Part shown: piece by piece, positions 1-9,899 of the stretch
How positions within the stretch are numbered: the first letter of the stretch is position 1
Layout: every line of letters starts with the position of its first letter
NCBI GenBank assembly: GCA_045863855.1
Contig: BTVV01000021.1
Location: 1-64,000 of the forward strand
Direction: 5' to 3'
Origin: Planctomycetota bacterium
GTDB taxonomy: Bacteria; Planctomycetota; SZUA-567; H5-PLA8
Length of the DNA: 64,000 nucleotides
Notes under the pieces: generated by a model
Told to the model about the DNA's origin: nothing
The model's input: the letters and a program-made list of their open reading frames with translations, nothing else
Databases searched by the model: none
Program-made: the position numbers and the translations under genes

Positions 1-291
1 CTTCCCCCCGCAGGGGGGAAGGTTTCATGACGGCGCTGGCGCGCCTTGAAGGGCAGGGGCGAACTTCTCTCTGCGCTGCGCGCTGCTACTGCCAACACCT
101 AACGGCTACGGCTTAGAGATCGCTGCGCGGCTTCTTCAGGCCGCCCCCCATCCGGCCTTCCCCCCGCAGGGGGGAAGGTTTCATGACGGCGCTGGCGCGC
201 CTTGAAGGGCAAGGGCGAACTTCTCTCTGCGCTGCGCGCTGCTACGGCCAACACCCTCATTCTGAGCTGCGCGCTGCTCCTTCCAACACCT
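1..291. repeat. Tandem duplication (156-bp period) containing a REP-like GC hairpin
   Basis: Positions 1-99 match 157-255 with 2 mismatches. The full hairpin is CCTTCCCCCC-GCA-GGGGGGAAGG at 156-178, and the first copy lacks only its first base at the window edge. A partial third copy of the tail lies at 267-291. Confidence 0.9.
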
Positions 292-303
292 TTACCGGCA
301 CGA

Positions 304-1359
304 TCACTGCCGCCAATCCACGCTCTGCGCTCGGTGCGTCGCGGCACTCTCGTATATCGCCACACACAGCGCCAACACTTTGCGGGCTTCTTCCCCACTA
401 ATCAGCGGCGTCCGGTCTTCGCGAATGGCTTTAGCCAAATCGACAAAATAGGCCGTCCGCTCATCGGTGCTCCACAACGCGCCGGCAACTTCCAGCGTCG
501 ACCACTCCTTGGGTTTGCAGCCCGGCACATCCTCGCGGGTGGTAAACACGCGCAGCGGATGGTCCATCTCGATCTGGCCTTCGGTTCCGTACAGACGATT
601 CCCAAACCCTTCCTTGCCGCGGGCGCAACTCATGGCATCAATACTCCCGATCGCTCCGTTGGTGAATCGCACCACGGCGGAAATGTTGTCCTCCACTTCC
701 ACGGGCGTCGAATGCGTCGCCGCTTCGGCAAAAACCCGCTCGGGCACCAGCCCGGCAATCCACAGCACACGGTCGATATCGTGGCTGAGGTTCATGACCA
801 GCACGCCGCCGCCCGATTTTTCTTTGCTCTGCCGCCAGTCGCTCTTGGCCCGCCCCGTATACCCGCCGCTCCAGTAGCTTTCCGGCTTATCCGCGGCAAT
901 GTGAATCTGGTAGCGAATGAGCTTCCCGATGGCCCCGGCTTCGAGAAGCGCTTTGGTTTTGAGCACCATCGGCGAATAGCGCGAGATGTAATTCACGGAG
1001 AGCTTGACCTTCGCTTCTCGGCAGACGGCGATCATCTCGTCGGCTTGCGCGAGCGTGCAGGCGATCGGCTTCTCGCAGGCAATATGCTTCCCGGCTCGAG
1101 CGGCCTGTATCGCCAGCGGCGCGTGCAGGAAGTGCGGCGTGCTGAGCACCACCGCGTCCACGTCGCCGCGGGCGAGCAGATCTTCGACGCCGGTGAAGTG
1201 CGGCACGCCCAGCTTGGCGCCGGTGTCGCGCGCAAGGTCGGCGACGACATCCTGCACGGCGGTGACGGCGCAGCCTTCGGCGGCTTGCAGCGCTTTAAGC
1301 GACTGCATCGCGATCTCGCCGCAGCCTATGAGACCGAATCGAACGGGGGTGACGGACAT
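304..1359 (-). CDS. Gfo/Idh/MocA family oxidoreductase
   Basis: RFGLIGCGEIA Rossmann start, ACEKP motif and GGGVLVMNLSHDID. Start placed at ATG 1359. Confidence 0.93.
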   Translation of the reverse strand: MSVTPVRFGLIGCGEIAMQSLKALQAAEGCAVTAVQDVVADLARDTGAKLGVPHFTGVEDLLARGDVDAVVLSTPHFLHAPLAIQAARAGKHIACEKPIACTLAQADEMIAVCREAKVKLSVNYISRYSPMVLKTKALLEAGAIGKLIRYQIHIAADKPESYWSGGYTGRAKSDWRQSKEKSGGGVLVMNLSHDIDRVLWIAGLVPERVFAEAATHSTPVEVEDNISAVVRFTNGAIGSIDAMSCARGKEGFGNRLYGTEGQIEMDHPLRVFTTREDVPGCKPKEWSTLEVAGALWSTDERTAYFVDLAKAIREDRTPLISGEEARKVLALCVAIYESAATHRAQSVDWRQ

Positions 1360-1501
1360 GAAAGGATTCTCCTGGGTGCGACGGTTCCCATTGGCATAGA
1401 GCCAAAGGGGCTTGAGAGCAAGCGCGTGCGGCCTCAACTTGCTTGAGGCGGTGCGGACCGTAGACTGGGCTCGCTAACGAACTCAAACGTGGGAGCGACG
1501 G

Positions 1502-2983
1502 ATGGCTTTGGATCTGCAGGCGTACGCGTGGCTGAGCGCTCGCGAGATCGCGGCGGGCGTGCGCGCAAAGACGTATTCGGCCGAAGAGGTCGCCCGCGCC
1601 GCGCTGGCTCGCGCGAAGGCGCTGGACCCCACGCTGAAGGCGTTCCTCACGCTGCTGGAGGACGCGGCGCTGACTCAGGCGCGCGCGACCGACGCGAAGA
1701 TCGCGGCGGGCCGTGATCCGGGGTTGCTGGCCGGCGTGCCGGTGGCGATCAAGGACAACATGTGTTTGAAGGGCACGCGCACGACTTGCGCTTCGAAGAT
1801 TCTGGACGGATACGTGCCGCCCTATACGGCCACGGCGGTGCAGCGGCTGCTGGACGCGGGCGCGACGATTGTCGGCAAGACGAACCTCGACGAGTTCGCG
1901 ATGGGCAGTTCGACCGAGAACAGCGCGTACGGAACGACGCGCAACCCGTGGGACGTTTCGCGGGTGCCGGGCGGGAGTTCGGGCGGTTCGGCGGTGGCGG
2001 TGGCGGCGGGCATCGTGCCGCTGGCGCTGGGCAGCGACACGGGCGGATCGATCCGGCAGCCGGCTGCGTTGAGCGGCTGCCTGGGCTTGAAGCCGACGTA
2101 CGGGCGGATTTCGCGCTACGGGCTGGTGGCGTTCGCGAGTTCGCTGGACCAGATCGGCCCGTTCGCTCGGGAGGCCGCGGACGCGGCGCTTTTGTGCGCG
2201 GCGATTTCGGGGCACGACGAGCGCGATGCGACGAGCGCCGCGACGGCGGTGCCGGACGAGCTGCGCGCGCTGAAGGCGCCGAGCGACTTGAAAGGTCTGC
2301 GCTTGGGCGTGCCGAAGGAATACTTCGTCAAGGGGACCGATCCGGAGGTCGAGGCCGCGGTGCGGAAGGGGATCGCGGACCTGGAGGCGCTGGGCGCGAA
2401 GGCGGTGGAGGTTTCGCTGCCGCACAGTTCTCACGGCATCGCGGTGTACTATCTGATCGCGACGGCGGAGGCGTCGAGCAACCTGGCGCGCTTCGACGGC
2501 GTGCATTACGGGCATCGCACGAGCGAGCCGGGCGGGCTGGTGGATCTGTACGCGCGCAGCCGCGGCGAGGGCTTCGGCGCGGAGGTGAAGCGCCGCATCA
2601 TGCTCGGGACGTACGCCCTTTCGGCGGGCTACGCGAGCAAGTACTACCTGAAGGCGCAGCAAGTCCGGGCGCTCTTGAAGCGCGACTTCGACGAAGCCTT
2701 CCAGAAGGCGGATGTGATCGTCTGCCCGACGACGCCGACGCCGGCGTTCAAGATCGGCGAGAAGGCCGACGATCCGCTGGCGATGTACCTCTCGGACATC
2801 TTTACGGTGACGGTGAACCTGGCGGCGATTCCCGCGTTGTCGCTCCCGTGCGGGCAGACGTCGTCGGGCTTGCCGATCGGGATGCAGTTGATGGGGCGCG
2901 CGTTCGACGAAGCGGGGCTGCTGCGGACGGCGGCGGCGTACGAGGCGAAGACGGCGCACCACCGGAAGCACCCGGCGCTGTAG
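1502..2983 (+). CDS. gatA: Asp-tRNA(Asn)/Glu-tRNA(Gln) amidotransferase subunit A
   Basis: Amidase signature ([22 protein letters not shown]) plus SSNLARFDG and [10 protein letters not shown]. Confidence 0.97.
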   Translation: MALDLQAYAWLSAREIAAGVRAKTYSAEEVARAALARAKALDPTLKAFLTLLEDAALTQARATDAKIAAGRDPGLLAGVPVAIKDNMCLKGTRTTCASKILDGYVPPYTATAVQRLLDAGATIVGKTNLDEFAMGSSTENSAYGTTRNPWDVSRVPGGSSGGSAVAVAAGIVPLALGSDTGGSIRQPAALSGCLGLKPTYGRISRYGLVAFASSLDQIGPFAREAADAALLCAAISGHDERDATSAATAVPDELRALKAPSDLKGLRLGVPKEYFVKGTDPEVEAAVRKGIADLEALGAKAVEVSLPHSSHGIAVYYLIATAEASSNLARFDGVHYGHRTSEPGGLVDLYARSRGEGFGAEVKRRIMLGTYALSAGYASKYYLKAQQVRALLKRDFDEAFQKADVIVCPTTPTPAFKIGEKADDPLAMYLSDIFTVTVNLAAIPALSLPCGQTSSGLPIGMQLMGRAFDEAGLLRTAAAYEAKTAHHRKHPAL

Positions 2984-3062
2984 CGGTTGTTGAAAAACCG
3001 CACTTCCCCAATCCTCTCCCAGAGGGGGAGGGAAAACGCTACGGCTTCTTCCGCAGTCGCTG
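2981..3062. repeat. Short palindromic element with an internal REP-like hairpin, starting at the gatA stop
   Basis: Imperfect G-U-rich arms AGCGGTTGTTGAAAAACCG and CGGCTTCTTCCGCAGTCGCT enclose the hairpin CCTCTCCC-AGA-GGGGGAGG (3013-3031). Confidence 0.55.
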
Positions 3063-3178
3063 AAGCGGCGGTTAAAATGGCGGTGTAAATCCGGCTTGAG
3101 CGGCTATAGTGTGCGCTCTTGGCCGTGCGCCTCGCGCGGAGGATGCACCCCAACAGCCGGGGCTGAAGTTCATCGTCC

Positions 3179-4516
3179 ATGAATGCCTCTTCCAGTTCAT
3201 CCGCGCCATGCACTTGCGGCGAAGTAGTCTTCGACCTTTCCAAGAAGAAGCCGGGGCAGGTGCTGAGCTGTCCGTGGTGCAACCGGCACTACCAGCTCGA
3301 CGAAGGCTTGAAGCTCTCGCCCACGTCCGCACCTGCGGACGCTCCGAAGGCCGGCGCGAGCAGCGGGCGCATGGCGGCGGCGCTGGCGCGCGCGAAGGCG
3401 GCGAAGACCGAAGCGAAGATCGCTCCGGCCACGCCCGCCGCGAAGCCCGCTCCGGTTGCACGCAAAGCGGCACCCGCGCCGGACAAGCCCAAGCCCGCCG
3501 CGAAGCCGAAGGCCGAGGCGAACGCGAAGCCCGCCGCCGCGCCGAAAATGCCCGCGAAGAAGATGGAGCCGAAGCCCGCGCCGAAGCCCGTGTCCAAGCC
3601 GGTGGCGCTTGACGACGACGAAGAGAGCGACGATCCGGGCGGCGAGACGCAGCCGGTTTCGACGGCGGATCTGGAGCGGATGAAGGAAGAAGTGGAAGCC
3701 GCCACTCCGTCGAAGCGGTCCAAGAAAAAGAAGAAGAAAAAGAAGAAGCCGGCGGCGGAAGCTTTGGACGGCGATGACTCCGCAGCCGACGGCGGCGATA
3801 CGAAGCCGGTGGAGACGGCGGAAGAGATCGAAGCGTCGGTGCACGCGGCGATGCTGGACGAGCTGGTGGAGATCGGCGCGCCGAAGCCGGGCGGCCCGAG
3901 CGAGTCGAGCTATTCGCTGGAAGGCGACGAGGTCGATTTCGACAGCAACACGCGCAAGCTCAAGGCGCGCGACGCGGCGGTGCTGGCGCAAACGATCGCG
4001 CCGAGCCGGCCGCTCGGTGCGGCCCCCGACGCGAGCCGCAAAGGGCGCACAACGAAGTATGCGGACGAGCCGCAGCCTCCGCCTCCGTTCAACGTCGAGA
4101 AGGCGATGTTCTGGGTTTTCGTCGCGGCGGTTCCGGCGAGCGCCATCGCGTTCGGGATTTACCTCGCATGGAAGGTGTCGATCGGCGACTACCAGTTGAA
4201 GAAGTACGAGTTCTTCGGGGTGACGATCGACGGCGGGAATCCGTGGGTGTGGGTGGCCGGCGTGCTGGGCGGGGGGCTTTCGTTCTTCCTGGCCTGGGTC
4301 GCGTACACGTACTTCTTCGTGTTCCGCGGCAAGAAGAACGGCGCGAAGGGCAAAGACGATAGCACGCGGGCGGCGAAGCCCGTGGGATCCAAGCGGCCGG
4401 CGTCTTCCAAGCGGAGCCCAGACGAGTCCAAAGCGGACGACGAGGATGAGGACGGGGACGACGCGGAGGACGGCAAGAAGCCGCGGCGTTCGCATCGCTT
4501 CAAGGCCAGTTCGTGA
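3179..4516 (+). CDS. Hypothetical membrane protein: N-terminal Zn-ribbon, K/P/A- and D/E-rich linker, two TM helices
   Basis: CTC...CPWC motif, low-complexity linker with a K9 run, and two hydrophobic segments near the C-terminus. The stop overlaps the next start (GTGA). Confidence 0.75.
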   Translation: MNASSSSSAPCTCGEVVFDLSKKKPGQVLSCPWCNRHYQLDEGLKLSPTSAPADAPKAGASSGRMAAALARAKAAKTEAKIAPATPAAKPAPVARKAAPAPDKPKPAAKPKAEANAKPAAAPKMPAKKMEPKPAPKPVSKPVALDDDEESDDPGGETQPVSTADLERMKEEVEAATPSKRSKKKKKKKKKPAAEALDGDDSAADGGDTKPVETAEEIEASVHAAMLDELVEIGAPKPGGPSESSYSLEGDEVDFDSNTRKLKARDAAVLAQTIAPSRPLGAAPDASRKGRTTKYADEPQPPPPFNVEKAMFWVFVAAVPASAIAFGIYLAWKVSIGDYQLKKYEFFGVTIDGGNPWVWVAGVLGGGLSFFLAWVAYTYFFVFRGKKNGAKGKDDSTRAAKPVGSKRPASSKRSPDESKADDEDEDGDDAEDGKKPRRSHRFKASS

Positions 4517-5679
4517 GCGCGGCGCGCCGGGTGCTGGTGGCGTGCGCGTCGTTCAAGGGCACGCTGAGTTCGGCTCAGGCGGGCCAGGCCCTTGCGCGCG
4601 GGCTGCGCCGGGCGGGCTTTGCGGCGGACGTCGTGGCGCTGGCCGACGGCGGCGAAGGCCTGGTCGAAGCGCTGCATCGCGCGGTGCCGGGCGCCTGGCT
4701 GGAGACGGCGCGCGTGCGCGGCCCGCTGCTGGAAAAGCGTTCGGCGCGCTTCGCGCTCCTGCCGCCTCCGCGTGGCTCGAAGCGTCCCACGGCGGTGCTG
4801 GAGATGGCCGCGTCGTCGGGCTTGCCGCTGGTTCCCGAAGCGAAGCGCGATCCCAAAATCACTTCGACGTGGGGCGTGGGCGATCAGATTCGCGCGGCGT
4901 TGGACGCCGGGGCGGGGCGGATTTTGCTGGGGATCGGCGGGAGCGCCACGAACGACGGCGGCGCGGGGATGGCTCAAGCGCTGGGCGCGCGGCTGCTCGA
5001 TGCGGCCGGGCGCGAGCTTCCCGCGGGCGGCGCGGCGTTGCTGGAGCTCGACCGGATCGATCTGTCCGGGCTCGACGCGCGCTTGAAGCGCGTGCCGGTG
5101 ACGGTGGCGTGCGACGTGACGAATCCGCTGACGGGCACGCGCGGCGCGAGCGCGGTGTACGGCCCGCAGAAAGGCGCGACGCCGCGCGACGTGGCGCTGC
5201 TGGACCGCGCGCTTTCGCGCTTCGCGAAGATCGCCGCGCGGGATCTGGGGCGCGACGTGCGGCGCTTGCGCGGCGCGGGCGCGGCGGGCGGGCTGGGCGC
5301 GGGCTGCGTGGCGTTTTTGAACGCGGAGCTGAAGCCGGGGATCGAGCTGGCGCTGGACGCGATCGGCTTCGACGTTCGTCTGCGCGGCGCGGGGCTGGCG
5401 CTGACGGGCGAAGGGCGGCTGGACCGGCAGACGCTGATGGGCAAGGCGCCGGCGGGCGTGGCGCGGCGCGCGAAGGCCGCGGGCGTGGGGTGCGTGGCGG
5501 TGGGCGGCGCGATCGAGGCCGATGCGCGCGCGGCGCTGGCGCGGCGGTTCGTGGCGCTGGAGAGCCTGATCCGATTCGCGGGGAGCCGGGAGGCGGCGCT
5601 GCGGGACGGGGCGCGCTGGCTGGAGCGGCTGGCGGAGGCGCGCGCGGAGGCGTGGTGGGCGGCGGGCGGCAGGCGTTAG
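4513..5679 (+). CDS. Glycerate kinase (GlxK/GarK family)
   Basis: SFKGTLSS, LADGGEG, GIGGSATNDGGAG, GAAGGLG and TGEGRLDRQTLMGK. Confidence 0.93.
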   Translation: MSAARRVLVACASFKGTLSSAQAGQALARGLRRAGFAADVVALADGGEGLVEALHRAVPGAWLETARVRGPLLEKRSARFALLPPPRGSKRPTAVLEMAASSGLPLVPEAKRDPKITSTWGVGDQIRAALDAGAGRILLGIGGSATNDGGAGMAQALGARLLDAAGRELPAGGAALLELDRIDLSGLDARLKRVPVTVACDVTNPLTGTRGASAVYGPQKGATPRDVALLDRALSRFAKIAARDLGRDVRRLRGAGAAGGLGAGCVAFLNAELKPGIELALDAIGFDVRLRGAGLALTGEGRLDRQTLMGKAPAGVARRAKAAGVGCVAVGGAIEADARAALARRFVALESLIRFAGSREAALRDGARWLERLAEARAEAWWAAGGRR

Positions 5680-5758
5680 GCGGCGGCATTCACGCTTTAA
5701 ACGGCAAGAATCCGACAACCATCCACAGGCAAACAGCGGCGAGGGCTGCGCGGGGCGA

Positions 5759-7135
5759 TCAGCTTCCGAGCAGGCTCTTGAGTTTGGCGGCGGCTTCGGC
5801 GCGGGGGACGGGGTGGGTCTGGCGGGTGGCGAGTTCGCGCAGGCCCACGGTTCCGGAGGCAAGTTCGGCCGGTCCGACGAGGGCGACGACGGGAATCGCT
5901 TTCTTCTCGGCGAGTTCGAAGATGCGCGGGAGCTTGGCCTGGCCGGGGAAGCAATCGGCGCGCAGGAGCGCGGATCGGAAGAGCTGCGCGGTTTCGATGG
6001 CGGCGCGTTCGGCCTCGGGCGCGGTGGCCGCGACGAGGACATCTGCTGCGCGCTGCGCGGCGCCGAACATCCCGCGTTCTTCCATCAGCGTGTAGATGCG
6101 TTCGAAGCCGATGGAGAATCCGCAGGCGGGGACGGGCTGCCCGCAGAAGGCGCCGACCATCTCGTCGTAGCGCCCGCCGCCGGCGAGGCTGAAGGGGACG
6201 CCGGCCGCGGCGATCTCGAAGATCGGCCCGGTGTAGTAGTCCAGCCCGCGCGCGAGGAAGGGATCGAAGACGAGCTTCCCGGCGGGCAGTTGGGGGGTGA
6301 GCGCGAGGACCTGGCGGATTTCGGCGGTGAGCGCGGCGGCGGCTTGCGCGTCCAGGGCTTTCCAGTCGGTCACGAGGCGCTTTTTGATCTCGGCCAAAAG
6401 CGCTTCGCCGGCCAAAGTGCGCGCTGCGGCGAAGGCATCCAGCAACCGCGCGGCGGCCTCGGCGGAGACGGCGCGCTCGGTCAGTTCGGTACGCACGCCT
6501 TCGACGCCGATCTTCTCCAGCTTGTCGAGCGCGGTGATGGCGGTTGGGGCGAGGTCGGGCGCCACGCCGGCTCCGAGGACGAGCGCCGTGAGGAGCTTGC
6601 GCGAATTGAGGCGGACTTCGAGGTCGGAGAAGCCCAGTTCGTTGAGCGCGGTGGCGGTGGCCAGGAGGACGTCGGCTTCGACCATCAGCGAAGCGCTGCC
6701 CAGCACGTCGACGTCGCACTGGACGAATTCGCGGAAGCGGCCGTGCTGCGCGCGTTCGGCGCGCCAGACGGGTCCGATGTGGAAGCGCTTGAACGGGCTG
6801 GGGAGGTTCGCGCGGTGTTCGGCGAAGAAGCGCGCGAGGGGGACGGTCAGGTCGAAGCGCAGGCCCATGTCGGCGAGGTCGTTCTCGTCCTTGATTCCGC
6901 CTTCGAGCGCGCGGGCAAGTTTCTCGCCGCGGTTAAGCAGCTTGAACATCAGCTTTTCGTTTTCGCCTCCGCCTTTACCGAGAAAGACGGCGAGGTTTTC
7001 CATGGCCGGGGTTTCGATCGGTTCGTAGCCGAAGCGTTCGTAGACGGCGCGGATGCGGCGCATCAGTTCGCCGCGTTTGCGGCAGGCGTCGGGGAGAAAA
7101 TCGCGGAAGCCGCTGGGGGCTTTCATCTTGGCCAT
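5759..7135 (-). CDS. hisS: Histidine--tRNA ligase
   Basis: PSGFRDFLP, LRFDLTVPLAR, GRFREFVQCDVD, LARGLDYYTG, GGGRYD and GFSIGFER. Start placed at ATG 7135. Confidence 0.97.
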   Translation of the reverse strand: MAKMKAPSGFRDFLPDACRKRGELMRRIRAVYERFGYEPIETPAMENLAVFLGKGGGENEKLMFKLLNRGEKLARALEGGIKDENDLADMGLRFDLTVPLARFFAEHRANLPSPFKRFHIGPVWRAERAQHGRFREFVQCDVDVLGSASLMVEADVLLATATALNELGFSDLEVRLNSRKLLTALVLGAGVAPDLAPTAITALDKLEKIGVEGVRTELTERAVSAEAAARLLDAFAAARTLAGEALLAEIKKRLVTDWKALDAQAAAALTAEIRQVLALTPQLPAGKLVFDPFLARGLDYYTGPIFEIAAAGVPFSLAGGGRYDEMVGAFCGQPVPACGFSIGFERIYTLMEERGMFGAAQRAADVLVAATAPEAERAAIETAQLFRSALLRADCFPGQAKLPRIFELAEKKAIPVVALVGPAELASGTVGLRELATRQTHPVPRAEAAAKLKSLLGS

Positions 7136-7286
7136 GGCCACATCATCCTTAAAACGGCGGCGAACGGGCATTTCGGGAGCGCAAAGCGGGTCAGACTGTA
7201 AAGGCAGGCCGTGGAAACGTGAAACGGAAAACCCGTTCGCTGGATTCCCGTTTTGCGTTTGGGGCGGGCTTCGGTAGCGTGCGCTT

Positions 7287-8438
7287 ATGCCGCCGAGCGC
7301 CCCCCTTCGCGTCCTTGGCCTGGTGGCCATGGACTCGCAACTCAGCCGCGACCTCTGGCGCGGGCTGCTCGCGTACGCCGCGACGCGCCCGAACTGGCGG
7401 GTCTATTTCCTGCATTACCTGACGCCGCTGGAGAGCCTTGACTGGGAGCCGTCGGGCGTGCTGGCCACGATGGATCCTCCGGCGGTGCGCGCGTGGTTCG
7501 AGCGGCGGCGTCTGCCGTGCGTGAACGTGTTCGGGCTCACGGGGGTGCCCGGTCCGGTGGTGGACGTGGACAACGCGGCGGTGGGCGCGCTGGCGGCGCG
7601 CTATTTCCTGGACCGCGGGTTCCGGCAATTCGGTTACGTCGGATCGGGCGAAGTGCGCTGGTCGCTGGAGCGCGAGGCGAGTTTTCGTTCGGCGGTGGAG
7701 GCGGCCGGCGGCGCGTGCCGCGTGTACCGCCATCGCTGGGGCACGCAGGGCAAGGGCGACGTGGCGCTGGACCGCGAGATGCGCGCGTGGCTGGCGGCGC
7801 TGCCGCGGCCGGCGGCGGTGCTGGGCGCGGAGGACGTGACGGCCTGGCGCGTGCTGGAGCACGTTCACGAATTGGGCCTGCGCAGTCCGGAAGACCTCGC
7901 GGTGCTTGGCGTGGACGACGACGAGATGTGGTGCGCGTCGGGCCATCCGCCGCTATCGAGCATCGAGATTCCGGCGCGGCAGATGGGCTGGCGCGCCGCG
8001 GAGCTGCTCGAGGCCGAAATGCGCGGGTCGCGTTCGCACGCGTGTGAGCGCTTTGCGCCGGCGGGGGTGCATACGCGGCAGTCTTCGGATGTGCTTGCGG
8101 TGGACGATCCGGCGCTGGCGTCCGCGCTGGCTTTCTTGCGGGCAAACGCGGCGCGCGACTTGAGCATCGACGAACTGGCGCGCACGGCGGCGGTGGCGCG
8201 GCGCAGTCTCGAGCGGCGTTTCCGGGAGCGCCTGGGGCGCACGCCGCTGGAAGAACTGACGCGCGTACGTATGGAGCGCGCGCAGGAACTGCTGCGCGGG
8301 TCGGATCGGCCGCTGGCCGAGATCGCTCGGCTGTGCGGCTTCGCTCGGCCGGAGCGGCTGAGCGTGGTTTTCCGGCGCGAGCTGGGCCAGACGCCTTCGT
8401 CGTACCGGCAGCGTTTCCAGCGCAGTCCGGAGCGCTGA
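7287..8438 (+). CDS. XylR-type regulator (periplasmic-binding-protein-like domain plus AraC HTH)
   Basis: VDVDNAAVG, PEDLAVLGVDDD, PPLSSI and RQSSD, with a C-terminal AraC double HTH (LERRFRERLG, IARLCGF, TPSSYR). Confidence 0.92.
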   Translation: MPPSAPLRVLGLVAMDSQLSRDLWRGLLAYAATRPNWRVYFLHYLTPLESLDWEPSGVLATMDPPAVRAWFERRRLPCVNVFGLTGVPGPVVDVDNAAVGALAARYFLDRGFRQFGYVGSGEVRWSLEREASFRSAVEAAGGACRVYRHRWGTQGKGDVALDREMRAWLAALPRPAAVLGAEDVTAWRVLEHVHELGLRSPEDLAVLGVDDDEMWCASGHPPLSSIEIPARQMGWRAAELLEAEMRGSRSHACERFAPAGVHTRQSSDVLAVDDPALASALAFLRANAARDLSIDELARTAAVARRSLERRFRERLGRTPLEELTRVRMERAQELLRGSDRPLAEIARLCGFARPERLSVVFRRELGQTPSSYRQRFQRSPER

Positions 8439-8466
8439 GAACCTGCGGCCCGCGTGAGAGGCGCGG

Positions 8467-9810
8467 CTACTCGAAAGCGATGCGGGCGATCCAGACGGTC
8501 GTCGGCTGCCCTTCGCGGTAGAGATCGAACTTCAGTTCGGTGGCTTTCGTGCGGTCCAGGACCGCGCCGCCTTCATCGGTGAAGCGTTCGAAGGGAACGA
8601 CCAGATCGTGCCATTCGCCGTCGGTAAAAGCGGCGGGATGATCGAACGGCGCTTTGAAATAGACGTCGGAGCCGATGGCCTTGAGGTACACGTTCGCGGC
8701 CAATGGTTTGGACTCGGATTCGATCTTGATCCGCAAGCGCAATTGACTCGCGGCGCTCAGGTCGGTGCCCTTGGCGCCGGGATTCCAGGAATGCCAGTTG
8801 AAGCCCAGCGCGCAATAGCCCGGCTTGGCACAAGTCAACTTCAGCGCCTGGCGGTTGGTTCCGTCGGGATGTTCCGCTTTCAGAACCTCGGCGGCGCCCT
8901 CTTGCGGCGCGCTCCAAGTCGCGCCGCCGCGGATGCCCTTGCCGTCCCAAACGACGATCCGCGCATTGGTCGCGGGCGGGGGCGGCGCATCGGGTTGCGG
9001 CTGGGGCTTTGTCGGAGCCGATTCCTTTGGGGGCGGTTCCTTCCGCGCGGGATCCGGCGGCGGCGTTTCCCAGCCGCGCATCATCACGCGCACGCGGGAT
9101 GCAAGCAGGCTCTCGCCGTGCGCTATTAGAAACGCTTCGGCGAGTTTCTTCTTTTGCTCCAAGGTGGCAGCGGGGAGTTCGGCGAGTTTTCGATTCAACG
9201 CCTCGAAGTCGGCTCGCGCCTGAACGTCGGCGGCGTTCGATGCCGTTTCGTGCGGCGCAGTTTCGTGCGGCGCGGCCGTGGCTTGAGCCACCGCCTGCGG
9301 TCTGGAGACGGGGGGTTGTTCGGCCGGCGCGGGCGTCGGCGGCGTGGTTTCGGCCACCGGCACGGGCAGGACCGGAGCGTTCTTCGCGGCCGGGGGCGTG
9401 CGGCTGGCATTCGCGAAGTACAGGAACAGGCCCATGGCGAGCACCGCGCCGCCGGCGACAAAGGTGACCACCATGCCCGTGGCGGTTTCGGCCGCGGCTT
9501 TGTGCTGCGCGCGTTGAGGCACCAGGCGTTCGGTGGAACTGTTGCGCGCGCCGCGGCGGGTCGTCACGGGGACGGTGTTGGGCGGGGCGTGCTGGGGGAG
9601 TTCCGGGGCCGGTCCCGCGTTCGCGTTGGGCGGATCTTTCAGGAGCGCGCGGGCCTGCTCTTCCTTGAGCGCGCCGAACTCCATGGTCATGACGCTCTGC
9701 GCGCAATCGGCGCAGTAGATGCCCTTGACCTGCTTGTCGCGGGCCTGTCCGGCCGCGAGATCCGCGTCGGTCAGGCGTTTGCCGCAGGTCTCGCAGAAGA
9801 AGAACTTCAC
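8467..9810 (-). CDS. Bitopic protein: N-terminal Zn finger, TM helix, Pro-rich linkers, C-terminal CBM11/CIA30-like domain
   Basis: CETC...CADC, TM segment GMVVTFVAGGAVLAMGLFLYF, and a C-terminal GTDLSAASQLRLRIK...GEWHDLVVPFERF pattern typical of galactose-binding-like folds. Confidence 0.7.
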   Translation of the reverse strand: MKFFFCETCGKRLTDADLAAGQARDKQVKGIYCADCAQSVMTMEFGALKEEQARALLKDPPNANAGPAPELPQHAPPNTVPVTTRRGARNSSTERLVPQRAQHKAAAETATGMVVTFVAGGAVLAMGLFLYFANASRTPPAAKNAPVLPVPVAETTPPTPAPAEQPPVSRPQAVAQATAAPHETAPHETASNAADVQARADFEALNRKLAELPAATLEQKKKLAEAFLIAHGESLLASRVRVMMRGWETPPPDPARKEPPPKESAPTKPQPQPDAPPPPATNARIVVWDGKGIRGGATWSAPQEGAAEVLKAEHPDGTNRQALKLTCAKPGYCALGFNWHSWNPGAKGTDLSAASQLRLRIKIESESKPLAANVYLKAIGSDVYFKAPFDHPAAFTDGEWHDLVVPFERFTDEGGAVLDRTKATELKFDLYREGQPTTVWIARIAFE

Positions 9811-9899
9811 CGGGACGCCCTCGCCGTTACCCGCCGCGCGTCTATCCTATGCGCTCAGGAACGTCTGTCAGCACGAATATCGGATCCCGCGAGCGCGTA

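Noticed and set aside
1..291. Possible CRISPR array
   Set aside because: The repeat unit is about 99 bp with only two copies, there is no 25-45 bp repeat/spacer pattern, and no cas genes are present.
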